Positions 62,765 to 64,000 of a stretch of 64,000 nucleotides of DNA are shown piece after piece. The notes under the pieces are model-generated. The model searched no databases. It was not told the DNA's origin and worked only from the letters and a program-made list of their open reading frames with translations. Where the stretch lies: positions 1 through 64,000 of the IMG/VR virus record IMGVR_UViG_3300046458_000091; one strand, written 5' to 3'. Position 1 is the first letter of the stretch, and each line of letters begins with the position of its first letter. This DNA is from a virus. Made by a program: the position numbers and the translations under genes.

Positions 62765-64000
62765 TTAGAAATTCTCGCTCGTTGGCACAACCTGGAGGCT
62801 CGCCTCGGTGACATAGCGAAAATGCTCCGGGAGTACTTCAACCGCTTCGCCGGTATCGACGGTCATGTCTGCCAGGCGCTGAGTGAGCGCCGGGATGTTG
62901 TCTTTGATCAGCGCGTACAGATCCTTTCTGAGAATCTTCGCCTCGCCACGGCGCGCCCAGGCCGAATTTCGGCCGTATTCCGACAGGATCAGCGCCCGCA
63001 CCGATTGCAGCACCGCCGCGCTGTCGAACGTGGACGGGATTGTCAGGCCCAGGATCAGCGGCAGTTCAATGGCTACGGGGTCCACGAAGCCGAACCGGTA
63101 GCTATCGTCGGCGGCCAGGACCACGGCTTTGACTTCCTCTTGCAGGGTGGTGGGCTCTGTACCGTCGCGCAGGACCGAAAAGAACAGTTTGTTGATGTTC
63201 TTTACGTTGTAGCCCCGAATCTGCTCTTCGCGGGTTTCGTTCCACACTGACAGGAACGTGAGCGACTGGACGTTTTCACGTACCAGAAAGTCGAAGTTTG
63301 CGAGCATCACCGCGTTACGGCTGAAGATCCCCGGGAAGCTGCACACCTCGCGCAGGGTCTCAAGGCTCATAGGGGCGGCCCCAGCCTGTTTGACCTCGGC
63401 CAGCTTCATCGTGGCGAACTGATCACCCGCGTTGATGTACTCAAACGCGAAGGTTCCGCCCACGGACTGGGCGATATCGCCCTCTGTGTCATAGATCGTG
63501 ATCGTGAGTACTTCACCGGTCGCGGGCTGCTTACCGGCCAGGCCGTCGATGCCAAACATCACACTCATAATCTGATTTTCGTCAGATTTGATGTGGTACA
63601 CCGGGTCACCGGACTGCACGTTGCAGAACTCGGCGGTATAGGTGTACCCGTCCACCGCGACCTCAGCGATATAGCCCACGTCGGGTTGGGCCAGCTCCAC
63701 GGTATAGAACGGGGTGTTCTTGGTGACGGTGTGGGTGATGGTGCGCATGGTGACCTGCCGGGCCACCACGGTCGCCGGGGCGTCCGGTGTCGCGGTGCCG
63801 CCCGTAGTGACGCGCCAGGACCGTCCGGCCTGATCGATCAGGGACCGACCGGCAAGCACCTGGATGGCGCCGAACGTGCTCACCAGGCTCACGCTGTCGA
63901 TGGTGGGCGTGGCGAAGGGCAGCACACCCTTTACCGCCGCGTCAGCCAGGATCGTTGAGTCACGGGACGGCCCGTAGACCTCCCCCGCCGTTACCTCAAT
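62765..64000 (-). CDS. bplA: baseplate wedge protein (P1 BplA-like), 5' end beyond the window
   Basis: Frame is open to the window edge; RDSTILADAA.KG.LP.ATP, VWNE..EE. Confidence 0.72.
   Translation of the reverse strand: MEVTAGEVYGPSRDSTILADAAVKGVLPFATPTIDSVSLVSTFGAIQVLAGRSLIDQAGRSWRVTTGGTATPDAPATVVARQVTMRTITHTVTKNTPFYTVELAQPDVGYIAEVAVDGYTYTAEFCNVQSGDPVYHIKSDENQIMSVMFGIDGLAGKQPATGEVLTITIYDTEGDIAQSVGGTFAFEYINAGDQFATMKLAEVKQAGAAPMSLETLREVCSFPGIFSRNAVMLANFDFLVRENVQSLTFLSVWNETREEQIRGYNVKNINKLFFSVLRDGTEPTTLQEEVKAVVLAADDSYRFGFVDPVAIELPLILGLTIPSTFDSAAVLQSVRALILSEYGRNSAWARRGEAKILRKDLYALIKDNIPALTQRLADMTVDTGEAVEVLPEHFRYVTEASLQVVPTSENF

Larger units (their letters stand above)
1..64000. mobile_element. 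P1-like phage-plasmid (contractile-tail temperate phage with plasmid replicon); continues beyond both window ends
   Basis: Rep_3 initiator with iterons and parA co-occur with P1-type capsid, sheath, BplB, Tub, PmgG, DarA/Hdf/DdrB, Ref, SSB and RdgC. No host housekeeping genes are present. Confidence 0.93.

Noticed and set aside
1-64000. tRNA/rRNA genes, IS elements, loxP, P1-type C1 operators
   Set aside because: None recognised by eye; tRNAscan-SE, Infernal and ISEScan would be needed to exclude them formally.

Overview
The whole window looks like part of a P1-like (Punavirus-related) myovirus phage-plasmid, probably from Pseudomonas (GC-rich, AmrZ-like Arc protein, Pseudomonas-type SSB and RdgC). 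Almost all genes are on the minus strand. Layout: 1-17.3 kb, early/accessory genes (DUF1064 nuclease, LexA-N, Arc, PAPS-reductase-like, DUF2786, ASCH, Ref); 17.2-21 kb, lytic replication initiator with an internal origin, a repressor-like gene, ssb and rdgC; 22.6 kb, an intact P4-type integrase; 23.9-26.4 kb, nuclease and lysis genes; 26.4-35.5 kb, P1-like tail and head genes (pmgB, tub, bplB, pmgG, 21, 22, 23 equivalents); 35.6-54.1 kb, Dar-like virion proteins (MTase polyvalent protein, DdrB, DarA, Hdf) interrupted by a promoter-delimited accessory array and a parA/parG-type locus; 54.3-55.6 kb, an iteron Rep_3 plasmid replicon; 55.7-64 kb, baseplate and fibre genes. The most notable signals are: (i) Dar-like capsid cargo proteins built as modules separated by a recurring M/L-L/M-D motif that is shared with the capsid propeptide, two of them with a shared N-terminal tag; (ii) an exactly spaced late-promoter motif, GCAAA[CG]-N29-(-10), found 7 times; (iii) nine dispersed 8-bp AACTCtww arrays, probably a distributed centromere or regulon; (iv) a degenerate terminase-nuclease domain in an early accessory protein; (v) a start-less +1 frame after the tail chaperone; (vi) several further operator and start-associated motifs. 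All family assignments come from motif recognition and recalled P1 sequences, not from database searches.
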